A DNA stretch of 37,510 nt, from NCBI GenBank assembly GCA_023231475.1, contig JALJEE010002483.1, forward strand, positions 1 through 37,510. The letters are read 5' to 3'. Source of the DNA: Seison nebaliae. Its lineage: Eukaryota. The notes below the pieces were generated by a model. It ran no database searches, was not told where the DNA came from, and saw only the letters and a list, made by a program, of their open reading frames with translations. The position numbers and the translations under genes were made by a program. How positions within the stretch are numbered: position 1 is the first letter of the stretch; each line of letters opens with the position of its first letter. Below, in pieces: positions 10,472 through 24,216 of this stretch.

Positions 10472-10545
10472 TGGTGACGCATTTGGTGCGTCACCATCGG
10501 AGATGATTTACCGAATCCGACAACAAATACGTCAACATGACGTCA
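10472..10545. promoter_or_regulatory. Cluster of CRE/ATF-like bZIP sites including a perfect inverted repeat
   Basis: TGGTGACGCA-tttgg-TGCGTCACCA (10472-10496), TACGTCA (10528-10534) and a full CRE TGACGTCA (10538-10545), 270-340 bp upstream of the 10205 ATG. Confidence 0.4.
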
Positions 10546-12168
10546 ATTCGTCGTAAGACGATGTAATTCGAATATGAAACAGAAATTATAAGATGGTGTA
10601 TTTAATACATGAGAAATGATTTGGAAACATTAGAATTGTGAAAATTGAAATTTAAAAAAAAAATAGGATTCCGATATCTCTATAGTTATGTCGATTCATT
10701 GGGGATGGTAGATAAACAATAGTTTGTATGAAAGACGTCGTCTCAATTCAAAATGGTCTTCGATTTCTATCGAAATGTTTTTCGATTTATGTGAATTTAC
10801 AAATGTACGAAATGACATATAGTTACACATATTTGAATCGATTATACATCTTTTTCAAACATAAAAAACTGTTAGAATATGTTAGTGGAGTGAGAATAGA
10901 AATGGTGAATGGAGATGTCGACTCTCACATGTTTATACTTTTCCTTAGCACTATCCGTTTTAGCATAAATATCAATGAAGACGAGATAGATGAAAGTAAT
11001 CAAATGAATTTGGGTAGATAGGCAGAGGAAACAATGATTTCTCGTCCCGTCACGCTCGAATGTTTAGGTTTTCTTTTTCTCAAATTGTTGTAGTTCGTCT
11101 CATACGTTTCTTTCCACGCTCTCATTAACAACGTCGTCAAAAAAAGAAGTGCAATTTGACAAAGTATTTAAAAGAAATAAGTGAGAAAAATGGAAAACAA
11201 TTGGAAAGTAAAGAATGGGAGAAATAATTACATAGTTTCATTTGGGGAAGGATGGGTTTGTGCGTAGAGGTGAACACGAACTCTTTATTCACGCTTTATT
11301 CTTCGAATTGACGATAAATATTTATCAGTTCAACTTGATCCCAATCGATGGTATGCTATCCATCCATCTGCCTCCTACTGAATTGGAATTAGAAAAGAAG
11401 TTTTTGATTGATTGAATAATGTTGGGAATGAGAGAAAAAGAAAGTATCGCCAATAGTAGCAAATACTATTTTTCTAAAGATATTAAGATTTTTCTCGTTT
11501 AATATTAAACAAGTTGTATGAAATTATGATAAAAATCTATCTAAATATTGCATATCTAATTTGTCGATGTGTATGCGAATGTATATAGTAATAAATGTGT
11601 AAGATAAGTGAGAGATGGTGTAGTAGATGCATCTTTTCAGAGTGATACGCTTCGGTGATTCATTCGCAATGTTTCTTTCTCGTATGGTCGAAGTAACTTG
11701 GTAGAGATGATGGAAAAGTAAAACTATCTTTCCAAATAGTCATAGTCTGCATCATTGTTATGAACGTCATCGATAAACGATGACGACGTAGTTTGTCGAT
11801 TTTGTCAACTTTACTTTCTTCACGTAAAGACGTCGTATTTTGCCGATTTGTTGTCAATGTAAATTTCCATTTAGGAATTATATTATTACGCTTTCTCCAT
11901 CGAATCTCGTTCGCCATCGACTCAAAAATTATTAAGTTTCTGTAGATTAATCGTCGACGATACGTCGACCCTTACGATCGCAATTAAATGCATTAACTCA
12001 TCAATTTGCTATATGACGAGGAAAACATCGCCATGTTGAATTATTTCAATTTATAATCATCTATTCGTTTACTATATTCGTACAATTATTTTACATTTTT
12101 ATTTCCCAAATTTCTTTTACTTTAGAAATTTTAAATTTCATTTTATTGTCTAAGTTAAATTCAGGACT

Positions 12169-12558
12169 ATGACCGAAGTCAACATTCCATCGACTGTCAC
12201 TTATAACGCCCAAGGCGGCCGAAAAGCACAAGCCGTTAGTCATTTCACCACAATTCATCAAAGCTCATCATTCATCTATTTTAAACTTATTTCAGCTCGG
12301 ATGCGTCCAATTGGCTTTAGCTCTAGCTGCTTGTTCCGTCCTCATCGGATTACCAGCCGCTGCCATTGGTTCATTAATCGCCGCTATCACAATGGCTGAT
12401 ATTGAGAGTTAGATTCTTTTTAATTCTTTCAATTATTCTACCTACTATTTGTAGAGGACGCTAGTGAAGGTAATGCCGGTATGATTGCAACACCAAACAT
12501 GATGATCCTCATTCCAACTGTTGTTCTCCTTTACCAAATCATCAGAAGCCGTTTCTAA
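12169..12558 (+). CDS. Small membrane protein (93 aa), paralogue of the 9665-10205 gene
   Basis: Exons 12169-12234, 12296-12407, 12455-12558 (introns GTTAGT..CAG 61 nt, GTTAGA..TAG 47 nt) give MTEVNIPSTVTYNAQGGRKAQALGCVQLALALAACSVLIGLPAAAIGSLIAAITMADIEKDASEGNAGMIATPNMMILIPTVVLLYQIIRSRF. Confidence 0.8.
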
Positions 12559-15500
12559 ATTAGAAACTTTAAGCATGTACATTGGAATGAGACAAAGCGG
12601 CATTGAATATCCCTTGACATTTTAATCTGCATATCAAACCATTTGTTAAGCATTGTATCTTACTCTTTTTTTATTTCCCTCAATTTTTTATGAACATTAC
12701 ATTGGACATTATTATTTTCTCTAATCAATTAAAATGGAAACATTGTTAAATTAATTTTAAAATTTTTAATAATTCTTACTCTCCATCACTCATAGAGTAA
12801 ATTTGTAATAGTTTTACTAACACAAATGTTATGTACTAAAATTATTGAAAATAATTGTGATTTGATTAAAAGTTCAACATTTATCAGATCATAAATCATT
12901 TATTTAAGTTAAAGATGTTAAGTTGTTAAGATAGATAATTTACCAACTTTCAAATTTGATGCTTTTCATTTAAGTCTTTCATTGAAATTATTTCATTCAA
13001 TGTTGAAAATTTGAGAAGTTTAACCAATTTTCGAGTTAAAAGAGAAACATTTAAAAGAATCACTAAAATATGACATGAGTTCAATGAGTTGAACTCTTTT
13101 TACACATTATTTCGACTTTCAGACATTTCGAAGGTAAAATTTAAGTAAAATAAAACGAGAAGAAATGAGAAGGAAACAAACAGAAGAGTCAGAAAAATGA
13201 TGAATATTTAGAAGACTATAAATTATAAATAAAATCTACATGACTTCACTTTCGATTGATTAATTGAACATCAATAGTTTATCATGGTGATTATAGTTTT
13301 TTAAAATAAAATGATAAGAGTAATTCTTTTATGATATATTAATTTAATGTTCTTATTGGCTTTTATGATAAGTTGGAGAGAATATTAGATAAATGACAGG
13401 ACATTGTGTGGAAGTAGAAGAATTGTTTTTCTCAAAATTCTTTCACTTACCTCCCAGTTATCGACCTTGATTCTACTAATTACTGATTCTCATTAAATTA
13501 TCCAAATAAAATTCAAGAAGACATTTTTATTTTTTAGTCGTTTAAGAATTTGACAAATTCTGATTTCTTTTCAAATTTTTCAATTCTTCAACTCTGGTAG
13601 AAATTTGTTTATTCGAAGCTTAAAAAAACGAACGAATTTCATTTAAATCTGCATTTGTTTATGGAAGTTTTAGTTTACGAATAGTTTTTTAATTATACCA
13701 ATCACGAATTTTATTAATTTTTAGTTTTCGCAATTCGTTTCATTTATGACTCATTAATTATTATTGTTATTATTTAGTGTTTCAATTGATCGAAATACAA
13801 CATTGCACCAATTCTCATAATTAGTAATGATTTAATTGTATAACGAATGGTAAACTAAATATGATATGTTCCGATTGTACAACATGAAGAACGATATGCA
13901 CCATCGTCCAATATGGTTACCATGGTGATGTGGATATTAGAGGAGAAGAGGAGGACATTGAGAAAAAAACAAAATTATCGATCGTATGTTATTTGGTGGA
14001 AGGCATTGCATGGTTCTAAAAATTCTATTTCTCCTTTCTCATTCCAAAGTAAATTTACTAAACATTTATTCGTTTGCACAATGAATGACCATCTGGTTTA
14101 ATGGAAGTAAATGACAGTAATATTTGATTGTAATATGAATGAGAAGCGAAGAATAAAAGAGAATTTCTACAATTTTATTAAATTTCTTACATGTCATTTT
14201 CATGAGAATGTATGGTCACTTTTTCTTCTTCCTCCTCCATTTAGAGACAACAATCCACACACTTCATCATCATCATCATCATAAAATGACGTCAATGTTA
14301 TTACGATGATGTTCATTCGTAATACGTAATTATAGGAATTAAATGGGAAATGAAAATCGACTCTCACCTATACATGAACGGAATGATTTTAGTTAATTTC
14401 AATTTCAATAATATTGATCATCAATAATTGATAAATCGAATTTATTTCTCTATTCTTTAATTCTAATAATTATTCATCGACTGATATGAATTATGTAGAA
14501 CATTGAACGGAATTTAATTGAGAATGATTTAATTAATTAGAATCATGTCATCGTGTCCAAAACTGACATACTTGAAAGGTCAGAATAGTTGAAGGAGGAA
14601 TTAGGTTCATGTGAATAAGACCTGATTTTTTCCTTTTAAAATTTACTTAACTAAATTATATTTATCTCATTTTTGGACTACGCCTCTCCGAAGAGAAGGT
14701 GCGTGCACCGTTCCATATAATGTAATTCATTCTCATAGAGAAGAAGTGACTGAAGGACTGTTTGTTTTTCGTGGAAGAAAAATTGAGTAAAGAATCGGAA
14801 ATCAACCAGTTCGCCATCGACTCCTAGTGATGAGAAGAGAATGTTTTATTTACATTCTCCTAGTCCGTTATAGACGAGTTGCTGTTTGAATCTGGGAACA
14901 ACAACATTGATAGATTGTTATTAATTGAATAAAAGATGAGATTATTCTCTACGAATAATCCGAAAGGAAACAAACTGTTCTTTATAATCTCTCGTAATAG
15001 AAACGCACCAAATTTTCATATCTACCACATGTTTTCGTTTTGAGGAAGTTTCAACTGTGAGATAATGTTATCGATTCGAAGCCTATTCAACTCTATAACA
15101 ACTGTAGTTGGAATTGAGTTGTGTTGAAAAGAAGATGTTCGACTCAATAAAAATATAACGTTCTTAGCGCACTACTTCTTCCTTCATTTACTGTTGATTA
15201 TTTTATAGGTTAATTCTTTTAAGTCTATCAAAACGAAGAATAGTAATAGATGTGGAAATCGTTTTTTTGTCATATTATTCTTCTCAATGTTGTAGAGGGG
15301 AAATGATTCACCATTATTTTTCTTTCCGTTTTGAGATTAATGATGATGTAATCATCAACTCGTCGAGAAATAAACTATAAAAAAGAAATAGAGGAAATTT
15401 ATTATTGCGAATAAATTGCTCAATCATTTCACATAATCTTTCTCTTATAATTATTCTCTAATCGATTGAATTTCATTTTCCTCCTTTCTCCATCAATGAA

Positions 15501-16130
15501 TTGTTCAAAAGTTTATAACTAATTTCTGTTAATTGAAAATTCGTAGATTAAAATGAACGAATTCGTTTTTATCTCGAAAATTTCTTTAGTTTCTTTTTGA
15601 AATTTATTCAAATTCATTTTTTTTAGAGTTTAAGAAAGATAAATTTATAATGTGATGAATGTAAAAATTTACCGTTTTTAATGATTCTTTATAAAAGTTT
15701 ATGAATTATACGTAACTATTGTAAAATAATTAGACGATAAGTTTATGTCATTGATATCACTACCTCTACATCTACATCAATTTATCTCACTTTTATATAT
15801 TTAATATCACTTCTATTTCGATGGGTTTGTTATTATAAGAACTGTCGTTGTTGTCGTTGTTGTTGTTGTTATTCAGATCGTCAATGATGAAAAGAGAGTT
15901 GTATACACAATCTCTTTCTCCAAATTTCAAATAAATTTTCACCATTTCGTCGAGTCTTAAATAAACTTTCTATCAATTGTCAATAATTCATCAACACAAC
16001 TGTCCTATGATTACTATTCACACTTATTCCTTCGAATTATTCCATTAATTAATTCCAAATCAAGAATCGATTACAGACAATCTTCTCCTCAATTCATCTT
16101 CTCCAAAATCATTAATTGTTGGTTGGAAGA

Positions 16131-19100
16131 ATGTTTTGTTGTAACACTCGTCACAAAAAGAATGAGAAGGTGGAAGGTAAGAGGACGGTTGTTGCTAATT
16201 CATCGGACTTGAATAATATGTACGGATATGCAGTTAATTTCATTTATTATTTTTTATTTAATTCAAATATTCTTTATTTTATTTTCACGATTTTTTAGAA
16301 GAATCGAATAAGAACATCAAAGTATACGATGCTCACATTCCTTCCGAAGAATTTGGGTGAACAATTACTAATTTTAGCAAATTTATATTTTATTATTCTA
16401 CTCTGTCTCCAAGTTCGCTTCATTCTCTCTCTCTCTCTCTCTCATTCTCCAACTAATTATCAATTTTCAATTGAAATTGTTCGTTCTGTAGCTCGTTCCA
16501 CAAATCTCGTCATTGAGTTACGTGTCGACAGTTGTACCGTTGTCCTTCGTTTTTATGATGAAAGCAATTAAAGATGTAATGGATGATATTGTTAATTTGA
16601 ATTTGTTTTAAATTTGAATTCTAATTAAAACATTTACTCGAATAGCAACGACATAATAGTGATCGACAGATAAATGATCGAAAAGCGACAGTAATTCATA
16701 ATGGAAAATTATCACAAATTTGTTGGCATCAAATCGAAGTGGGTGATGTTATTCGGATAGAATCTGATAATCCAATAGCAGCCGATGTTCTCATTTTATC
16801 CACATCAGAAAATGACGGATTGACATTTGTTGAGACGGCAGAATTGGATGGTGAGACGAATTTGAAAGTTCGTTACGCGATTCGTGAATTGAATGAAGAA
16901 TTGAAAGATAGGAAGGAATGTTTATTAAAATTTAATGGACGAGTTGAATGTGAATTACCGAATAATAATTTGAATAAGTTTGAAGGAGTTATTTATTGGA
17001 AAGATAAATCATATCCGTTAACACTCGATAATGTTCTGTTGAGAGGTTGTGTTCAACGGAATGCTGCTTGGAGTTATGGTTTAGTAGTGTTAGCTGGAAA
17101 AGATACGAAATTGATGAAGAATAGTGGGGCGGTAAAATTTAAGCGAACGAAAATCGATCGACAACTCAACATGTACATCATCGGCATTATGGGATTCTTG
17201 TTCACTTTATGTCTTATATTAGCCATCATATCTGGTGTATTTGAATATGACACGGGATATTTCTTCCAAGCTTATATGCCTTGGGAGAATGATGTACGAA
17301 CAAGAAAGAAAGGATCTTTATTGAACGCTTTATTGAATTTCTTCTCATATGTTATTCTATTGAATACTCTCATTCCAATTTCACTTTATGTGTGTGTGGA
17401 AATTTTTCGATCATTTCAAAGTTCCTTTATCAATACCGACGCACAAATGAAAGCAGTGATCGATGGGAAGATGGTTGCGGCTAAAGCCAGATCGACCACT
17501 CTCAATGAAGAGTTGGGACAGATAGAATATATTTTCTCAGATAAAACGGGAACATTAACGAGAAATATTATGGTTTTCCATCAATGTAGTATTTGTGGTG
17601 AATTGTTCCAATCAGATACTCCAATATCGGATGAGAAGAATCCATTCACTTCAAATTTCATGAATGAAACACTTAACAAACCCACATCGATGCAATTGAC
17701 ATTGTCGAAGAAATGGCCGTTATCTCAAATGAAAGGCGAAGCGACACCGACCAGTATTTTTTTCAAATTACTCGCCATTTGTCACACAGTAATGGCAACG
17801 ACTGATGAGAAGAATGAAATCGTTTATCAAGCACAATCACCGGACGAAGCGGCGTTAGTGAATTCAGCGAAAAATTTCGGTTACGAATTCCGTGAACGAA
17901 CTCCCAATTCCATCACTTTTAAAGAAAACGGTATTGAGCGAACGATGAATTTGTTGCATATTCTCGAATTTGATAATGTTCGTAAACGAATGTCAGTGAT
18001 TGTTGAGGAAGAGAATGGAGAAATATTTCTTTATATCAAAGGCGCCGACACAACAATTCAAGCACGATTACAAGGGAAACAACGAGACTTGATCGAACGA
18101 ACAAATGATCATTTGAATCAATTTGCGACGGAAGGTCTAAGAACTTTATGTTTGGCTTATAAACACATTGATCGGAAGGAGTTCGATGAATGGAATGAGA
18201 GATATATGGAAGCATCGAAAGTATTGAATGATCGTGAAAAAAAAATGGATCATTTACGTGAAGAAATTGAAACGGATTTAATTCTATTGGGAGCGACAGC
18301 TGTAGAAGATCGGTTACAAGACGACGTTCCACAAACCATTAGTAATTTAGCGAAAGCAGGAATTAAATTGTGGGTTTTGACAGGCGATAAACAAGAGACA
18401 GCTATTAATATCGGTTATTCTTGTCAATTATTGAATGATGAGATGAGTGGAATCTTTCTCATTAATAAAACGAATCGAGAAGATGTTCGAGATTATATCA
18501 GAAAAGCGTTAACACAAATCGATCGAACATTAGAACAATATGGAAATAATCGAGAGAAATTCATAAAGAATTCTCAACAACAATTCCCCAAATATGTCAA
18601 TTCAGCTTATTCGAATGGTTTCGGTGATAACGTTCCATTTACTGAACAAATTACTGGTAGTACTACCAGTATCAGTTGTATTGAATCAGCAGAATTCGGA
18701 ATAGAAGATTATGAAGATATTCAAGAACCGTTAGGAGCGGCACCATCGAAAAATCTTGGTGGTTTCGCTCTAGTTATTAATGGTTCGTCATTATCGAAAA
18801 TCCTGCAAGATGATACAAATGATGGTTTATTTAAACGACGAAAAAACAAATGGAAATGTTGTGGAAAGAAGACGAAAGAAGGTGATGAGAATATTAATCA
18901 AATCGAACAATTATTTCTCGAATTAGCATGTCTATGTTCTGTCGTTATTTGTTGTCGTGTCACTCCCTTACAAAAAGCGAGAGTAGTCAAATTAGTGAAA
19001 CAATATAAAGGGGCTATCACTCTAGCAATCGGTGATGGTGCTAATGATGTTAGTATGATTAAGAAGGCACATATCGGTGTAGGTATATCAGGAAAAGAAG

Positions 19101-20056
19101 GAATGCAAGCGGTACTCGCTTCAGATTTCTCCATTTCACAATTCCGTTTTCTCGAACGATTATTATTAGTTCATGGTCGTTGGTCATATCGAAGACTATC
19201 GAAATTTTTAGGATATTTTTTTTATAAAAATTTTACGATGACTTTGTGCAATTTCTGTTACGCTTTCTATTGCGGTTATACAGCGACCAATTTCTACGAT
19301 TCCGTTTTCATTACCGTTTATAACGTCATTTATACCAGTTTGCCAGTACTCGCCATGGGCATATTGGATAAAGATGTTTCCGATGAGATTTCCGTCCAAA
19401 ATCCTTCACTCTACTTATCTGGTGTTCGTCATGAATTGTTTAATTTAAGGAAAATTATGTTATGGATGTTGGAAGGTGTTATTTCAGCCGCTGTCACTTT
19501 CTTTATTGTTTTCTGTACGAAAATCGACTTAAATGGCGACAAAGATGGAAAAGATATTTCTGATTTAGACACCTTCTCTTTCACCATGAGCACTGCTATC
19601 TTATTTCTGGTGACAGCACGATGTGCAATCGAAACACAATATTTAACTTGGATCAACATCGTCACATTAATTGGAAGTGTTCTCATTTATTTCCCACTTC
19701 AAATTTTAGTTTATCATTTCTATTTCAATGATCAACGATATCGTTGTCTTGGCACGATCGTTTTCTGGTTGACAATATTACTAGTGATGGCCGTCCTTTT
19801 GATGCCAGTTATCACATGGAAATTTATACAAATCGATAAATTTCCATCACTCTCCGATCGATTGAGGAAAGAGAAACGTTCGAAGAAAATCGAAAAACCA
19901 CTCGAAATCCAACGACACGTTTATCACAATCATTCGACAAGACAAAAATCAGGAACAGTTCCATTCTCTGGTTATTGCTTCTCTCAAGAAGAGGGCATGG
20001 GCAAAGTGATAAGACAAGTGAGTGCCAGAAGAAATACATCGCGAACAAGATATTAA
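16131..20056 (+). CDS. ATP8B: P4-ATPase phospholipid flippase, ATP8B-type (~1241 aa)
   Basis: Exons 16131-16232, 16299-16412, 16492-16590, 16646-20056. Motifs NRIRTSKY, PQISSL, DGETNLK, PISLYV, DKTGTLT, SPDEAALV, WVLTGDK, GDGANDV. Start codon uncertain. Confidence 0.93.
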
Positions 20057-21210
20057 TCTGAAGGATTCATCAAATTTATTTTTATTTATTGTGAAGATAT
20101 TTTTAAAAATTTCCTTTTCTTATCATTCTCGTCCTTCAGAAATTTCTTTTTTTAAACTTAAAATTCTATTCAAACATTCCCAGTGCAAATACCGAGTTAT
20201 TTTTCCTTTTATTAGTTTTTAAATTGATAAAATAAACAAATGTACGATTCCTTCCTTCCTCCTTCCCCAAAACGCTTCTTCTCGTTCGTTCGACAAATGT
20301 AAACAAAAAGAAAAAAAGAATTGTACAAATATATTTAATATTTCTTTCTTCTTAATAAGTAGTGATAAGTAGCATATAGATAAGTAAAACTGAAAGTTCT
20401 ATTGATTCTTATTGTTCTTATTAAGTGACAGATTATCTATTTCATTTATGTATGATTGAATATCAATTCAAATTAATTAATTTGTAATAATAATATTTTT
20501 TTGATAAATAAACGAATATTTTATGTCCGAAACGGAAATTTGATGGACCGCATCATTTTCGATAATTATAATTTCTAAAGAATGTCCAACAAATTCTTAT
20601 CCATTAACTCGAACTAAAATTTCCCTCTATCAAACTCCAGTTCGTTGTGTGACATTGTTGACAGTAAGAATAAACTAGTATGATAATAGAGAACGAATAA
20701 ACAAATTGGTTCTCTGTCGAAAGAGAAATATGAATAAATTTCTTCTCATAATTGAACGACTTCTTTTAAACTTCAAAGATTAACTAGACGACAAAGACAA
20801 TTTGGTTGTTGTCATTTCAAATAGAATAAATTAACAATCTTTATTCTTCTTCAGTCAATTGTCACATGAATCAAAGAAGGAATTCTTCATTAATTCTCGA
20901 AATAAATTCCCCCATAAATTTCTTTTTAATTTCATTTAAAATTCTTTCACATTTTCATTCGGTTTTTTGAAATCATCGAAAATTGAATGTGGAGGAAGGA
21001 AAAATGTCATTTCCTATGGAAATAATTTAGGAGAGAAAGTTCGTTTTTCATGGAAATAGAATGAGAAAACAATTTTAAAATTTTTTCATCGAATTTAGAG
21101 CTCATCTTTGTGAAGTGTTGTAGATTCTTGGCAATTTGATAAGTAAATTTCTCAGAAATTTCATTACTTCCGGTAGTTCTACGATAAGAATTTAAAGAAT
21201 TTTTCCAATC

Positions 21211-22914
21211 ATGAAAGATTCGACGGAACTCGTGACATTCTCACCAGAAAGTCCTAAGAATGAAAATAAATTAGAGAAATCGATTGGTCTCTTATCCGCC
21301 ACTTTGCTCATCATTAATATTATTATGGGAACTGGTATTTTTATTTCACCGACTGGTTTTTATTTCCATAAAATTTCCATTTTAAAATCATTTTTTTCAG
21401 GTGTCATTAAACATTGTGATAGTATTGGTGTATCGTTAATCATATGGTTAGCTTGCGGATTATTAACATTATGTGGAGCGTTATCTTATTCAGAATTGGG
21501 CACAATGATACCATCAAGTGGTGGTGATTATGTTTATTTGAAAGAGTCGTATGGACGACTCGCAGCATTTTTATTCGTATGGACGATGTTTGTAGCAGCT
21601 AATCCTGGAGCATGTGCGGTAATCTCATACACGGTCGCCATTTATACATTGAAACCGTTTTATGGAATGCAATGTGATCCACCGTCAAGTGCCGTTATTT
21701 TATTGGCATTATTCTTTGTCTGTTAATCTCGCAAATTTGAATTTTAAAATTTTATTATTTATTCGTAGTGACTGTCGTTTTTATTAATTGTCGTAGTGTC
21801 GCCTTCTCCAATCGAATGAATAATTTCTTCACTTTTTGTAAATTGATTGCCATCTTCTCAATTATCATCATTGGTATCGTCTATCTCATCATGGAACCGC
21901 GTCGTGGTCAATTGTTGATGGAGAATTTTTGGACATCTAACAAATTGTCATTTAAGGGAATTCTCATGAGTTTCTATGCTGGAATGTTCTCATATGGCGG
22001 TTTCAATTATTTGAATTTTGTGGCGGAAGAAATTAAAAGACCAGAAAGAAATCTTCCATTAGCTATTTGTTTAGCCATACCAATCATTATCATAGTTTAC
22101 ATACTCGTCAATATCTCATATTTTATTATTATGACAAAAGAAGAAATCTTATCCAGTCCAGCAGTCGCTTTGACTTTCGCTGAGAAGAGTATTGGAATTG
22201 CATCAATTGCCATGAGTATTTTCGTCGCATTATCAGCATTTGGTAGTTTAAATGGTTGTGTATTAGCATGTGCTAGGTTTCATCTCATTCTTCTTCTTCA
22301 TCTTCTTCTCATTAATGAATATTGAATAGAATTTATTATTCAGCTGCTAATAATGGAGAAATGCCAACATTCATTGGAATGGTTCATAATCAATATAAAA
22401 CGCCAATAACTTCCGTCATCGTTCAAGGAATAATCATTTGCATTCTCATCATCGTATCATCAGACATCTATGCTATTATTAATTATGCCATATTCACCGT
22501 CTTCCTCTTCATTGGAATCGCAATCAGTACAATCCTCTATCAACGGAAAGTCAATCCGGACAGAGAACGACCGATAAAAGTTCAATTTTTCCTTTTTTCT
22601 TTAAATGATATTCGAATGTGAAAATTTCAGATTCCTTTAGCACTTCCAATCATTTTCGTTTTGATTTCCATATTTATCGTCATCAATTCCATCTACGCTT
22701 CACCATATGATTGTGGAATTGGTTTCCTGTTCGTGGTGATGGGAATTCCGGTTTATTTCCTCGGAGTGAAATGGCAAAAACCGAAAAAGTATTTCAGAAT
22801 ATCAGGTTATCTTCTATTCTTTTTTTTAATTTTTTTCATTTATTTTTATTAGGTAATTTCACGAGAACATTACAACAATTACTCATTTGCTCACCCCAAT
22901 CTAAAGACGAATAA
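21211..22914 (+). CDS. SLC7 L-type amino acid transporter light chain (LAT/y+LAT-like, ~486 aa)
   Basis: Introns 21356-21400, 21722-21768, 22277-22329, 22580-22630, 22806-22852. Motifs GTGIFISP, GALSYSELGTMIPSSGGDYVYL, FSYGGFNYLNFVAEEIKRPERNLP, and the Cys in KPFYGMQCDPP where light chains bond to the SLC3 heavy chain. Confidence 0.93.
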
Positions 22915-22988
22915 ATTTATTTTTTAAATAATTTTTGAGAATAAATTTATTATTGTAAATAATCATATGATTATCGATTATTGAATTA

Positions 22989-24216
22989 TTATTGATTAAT
23001 TCGACAATTCTTTATTTGATAAATATCATCCTCTTCCGTTTTAATGATTGGTATGGCTTGATCCCACGGTCCGGTAATTACACTTGAAAAAGAACTTGAA
23101 AAAATTGACTGAAAAAATTTTGAAAGAAACTTTTTATGTTGCTGAAGTAGAAGGAAGAGACAGGGTGATATCAATAGAACGACAGCATGAGATATAACGA
23201 CACAAGTGATAATGAGCGTGTCAAAAAATGAGAGTATCCCAACAAAAACGATCATCAAATGAAGTAACATTAATTTACAACGAAGTGATAATTCCTGAAA
23301 AATAATTTTATTTAAATTAAATAATAATAATAATAATAATAATAACTTGAAAATAATTTCGACGTATAAATGGAGAGATGACGAATGTCGTCACTGATAC
23401 GCTGATAACAAGAAAGACTTCATAAGTTTTCGATAATCGTGATACTAAACAAATGGTGGCGATTAATGCGGAATTTAAAGAGAATGCATCTCGAGATGAT
23501 AAGAGATGAATATCTTCATATAAATTTGTATTATGAACAGTTGACTCATCTTCATTTTGTGTTTTACTATCTCGTTCATAATGATGAGTGAAGAGATGTA
23601 TTCCAAATGTTATTGTTGACACGGCATATATCGTATCATTACTAATCGTACCAGTCAATGTTTTGACAATTGGTGAAATTCCATATATGAAAGGCACATA
23701 AATTAATGTGACAAATGTCATAGCTATTCCATGAATAAATGTCATTTGAAAATGATAACATATGAAATTAAAAACTTTTCGGTGTCTGTTCTCGACGGAA
23801 GATTGATATGAGAATGAGTAACATATAAAATGATACAGTTACTTCCACTACCAGAGTATCTTCAAGTAATTTCGATACGAGTTCTTGTTTTATAATCACG
23901 TAAAACGTAATGAAAATGAAGCACCTTTTTTTCGATTATTTCAAATATTCGAATAAAATGTTGGAGAAACAAACGAAAAATAAAAACCAGTTAAAATGGA
24001 ATGCCACTAAGCACGATTTGGACAATAATTCAGAGAACGAATAAATTCTTATGTGAACTTTGAAGTATGATGAGAAGTAATGGGGAGAAATTGGAAGGTT
24101 GATGAAAGAAAACCATTTTTTCTCATTTCTTCCAAGAACGTTTCAGGAACCGAATTATCAGGCACATTATTTCGAATATAAAGTTTCTTCTTCCATCCGT
24201 TTCCATCTATCATCAT
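22989..24216 (-). CDS. PIGC: Phosphatidylinositol N-acetylglucosaminyltransferase subunit C (PIG-C/GPI2, ~318 aa)
   Basis: WKKKLYIRNNVPDNSVPETFLEEMRKN, YGISPIVKTLTGTISNDTIYA, SLNSALIATICLVSRL, KNVITGPWDQA. Introns 24113-24058, 23987-23925, 23775-23724, 23346-23295, 23130-23083. Confidence 0.92.
23321..23345. repeat. (TAA)n microsatellite in PIGC intron 4
   Basis: About 8 units directly after the GTT donor on the minus strand. Confidence 0.9.

Noticed and set aside
10728..11917. Short ORFs at 10728-11021 (+) and 11660-11917 (-)
   Set aside because: No motifs or splice-consistent extension; within expectation for chance ORFs.
13445..13480. ACTTACCT..CAG resembling the U1 snRNA 5' end
   Set aside because: No U1-70K loop (GATCACGAAG), no stem-loops and no properly placed Sm site follow.
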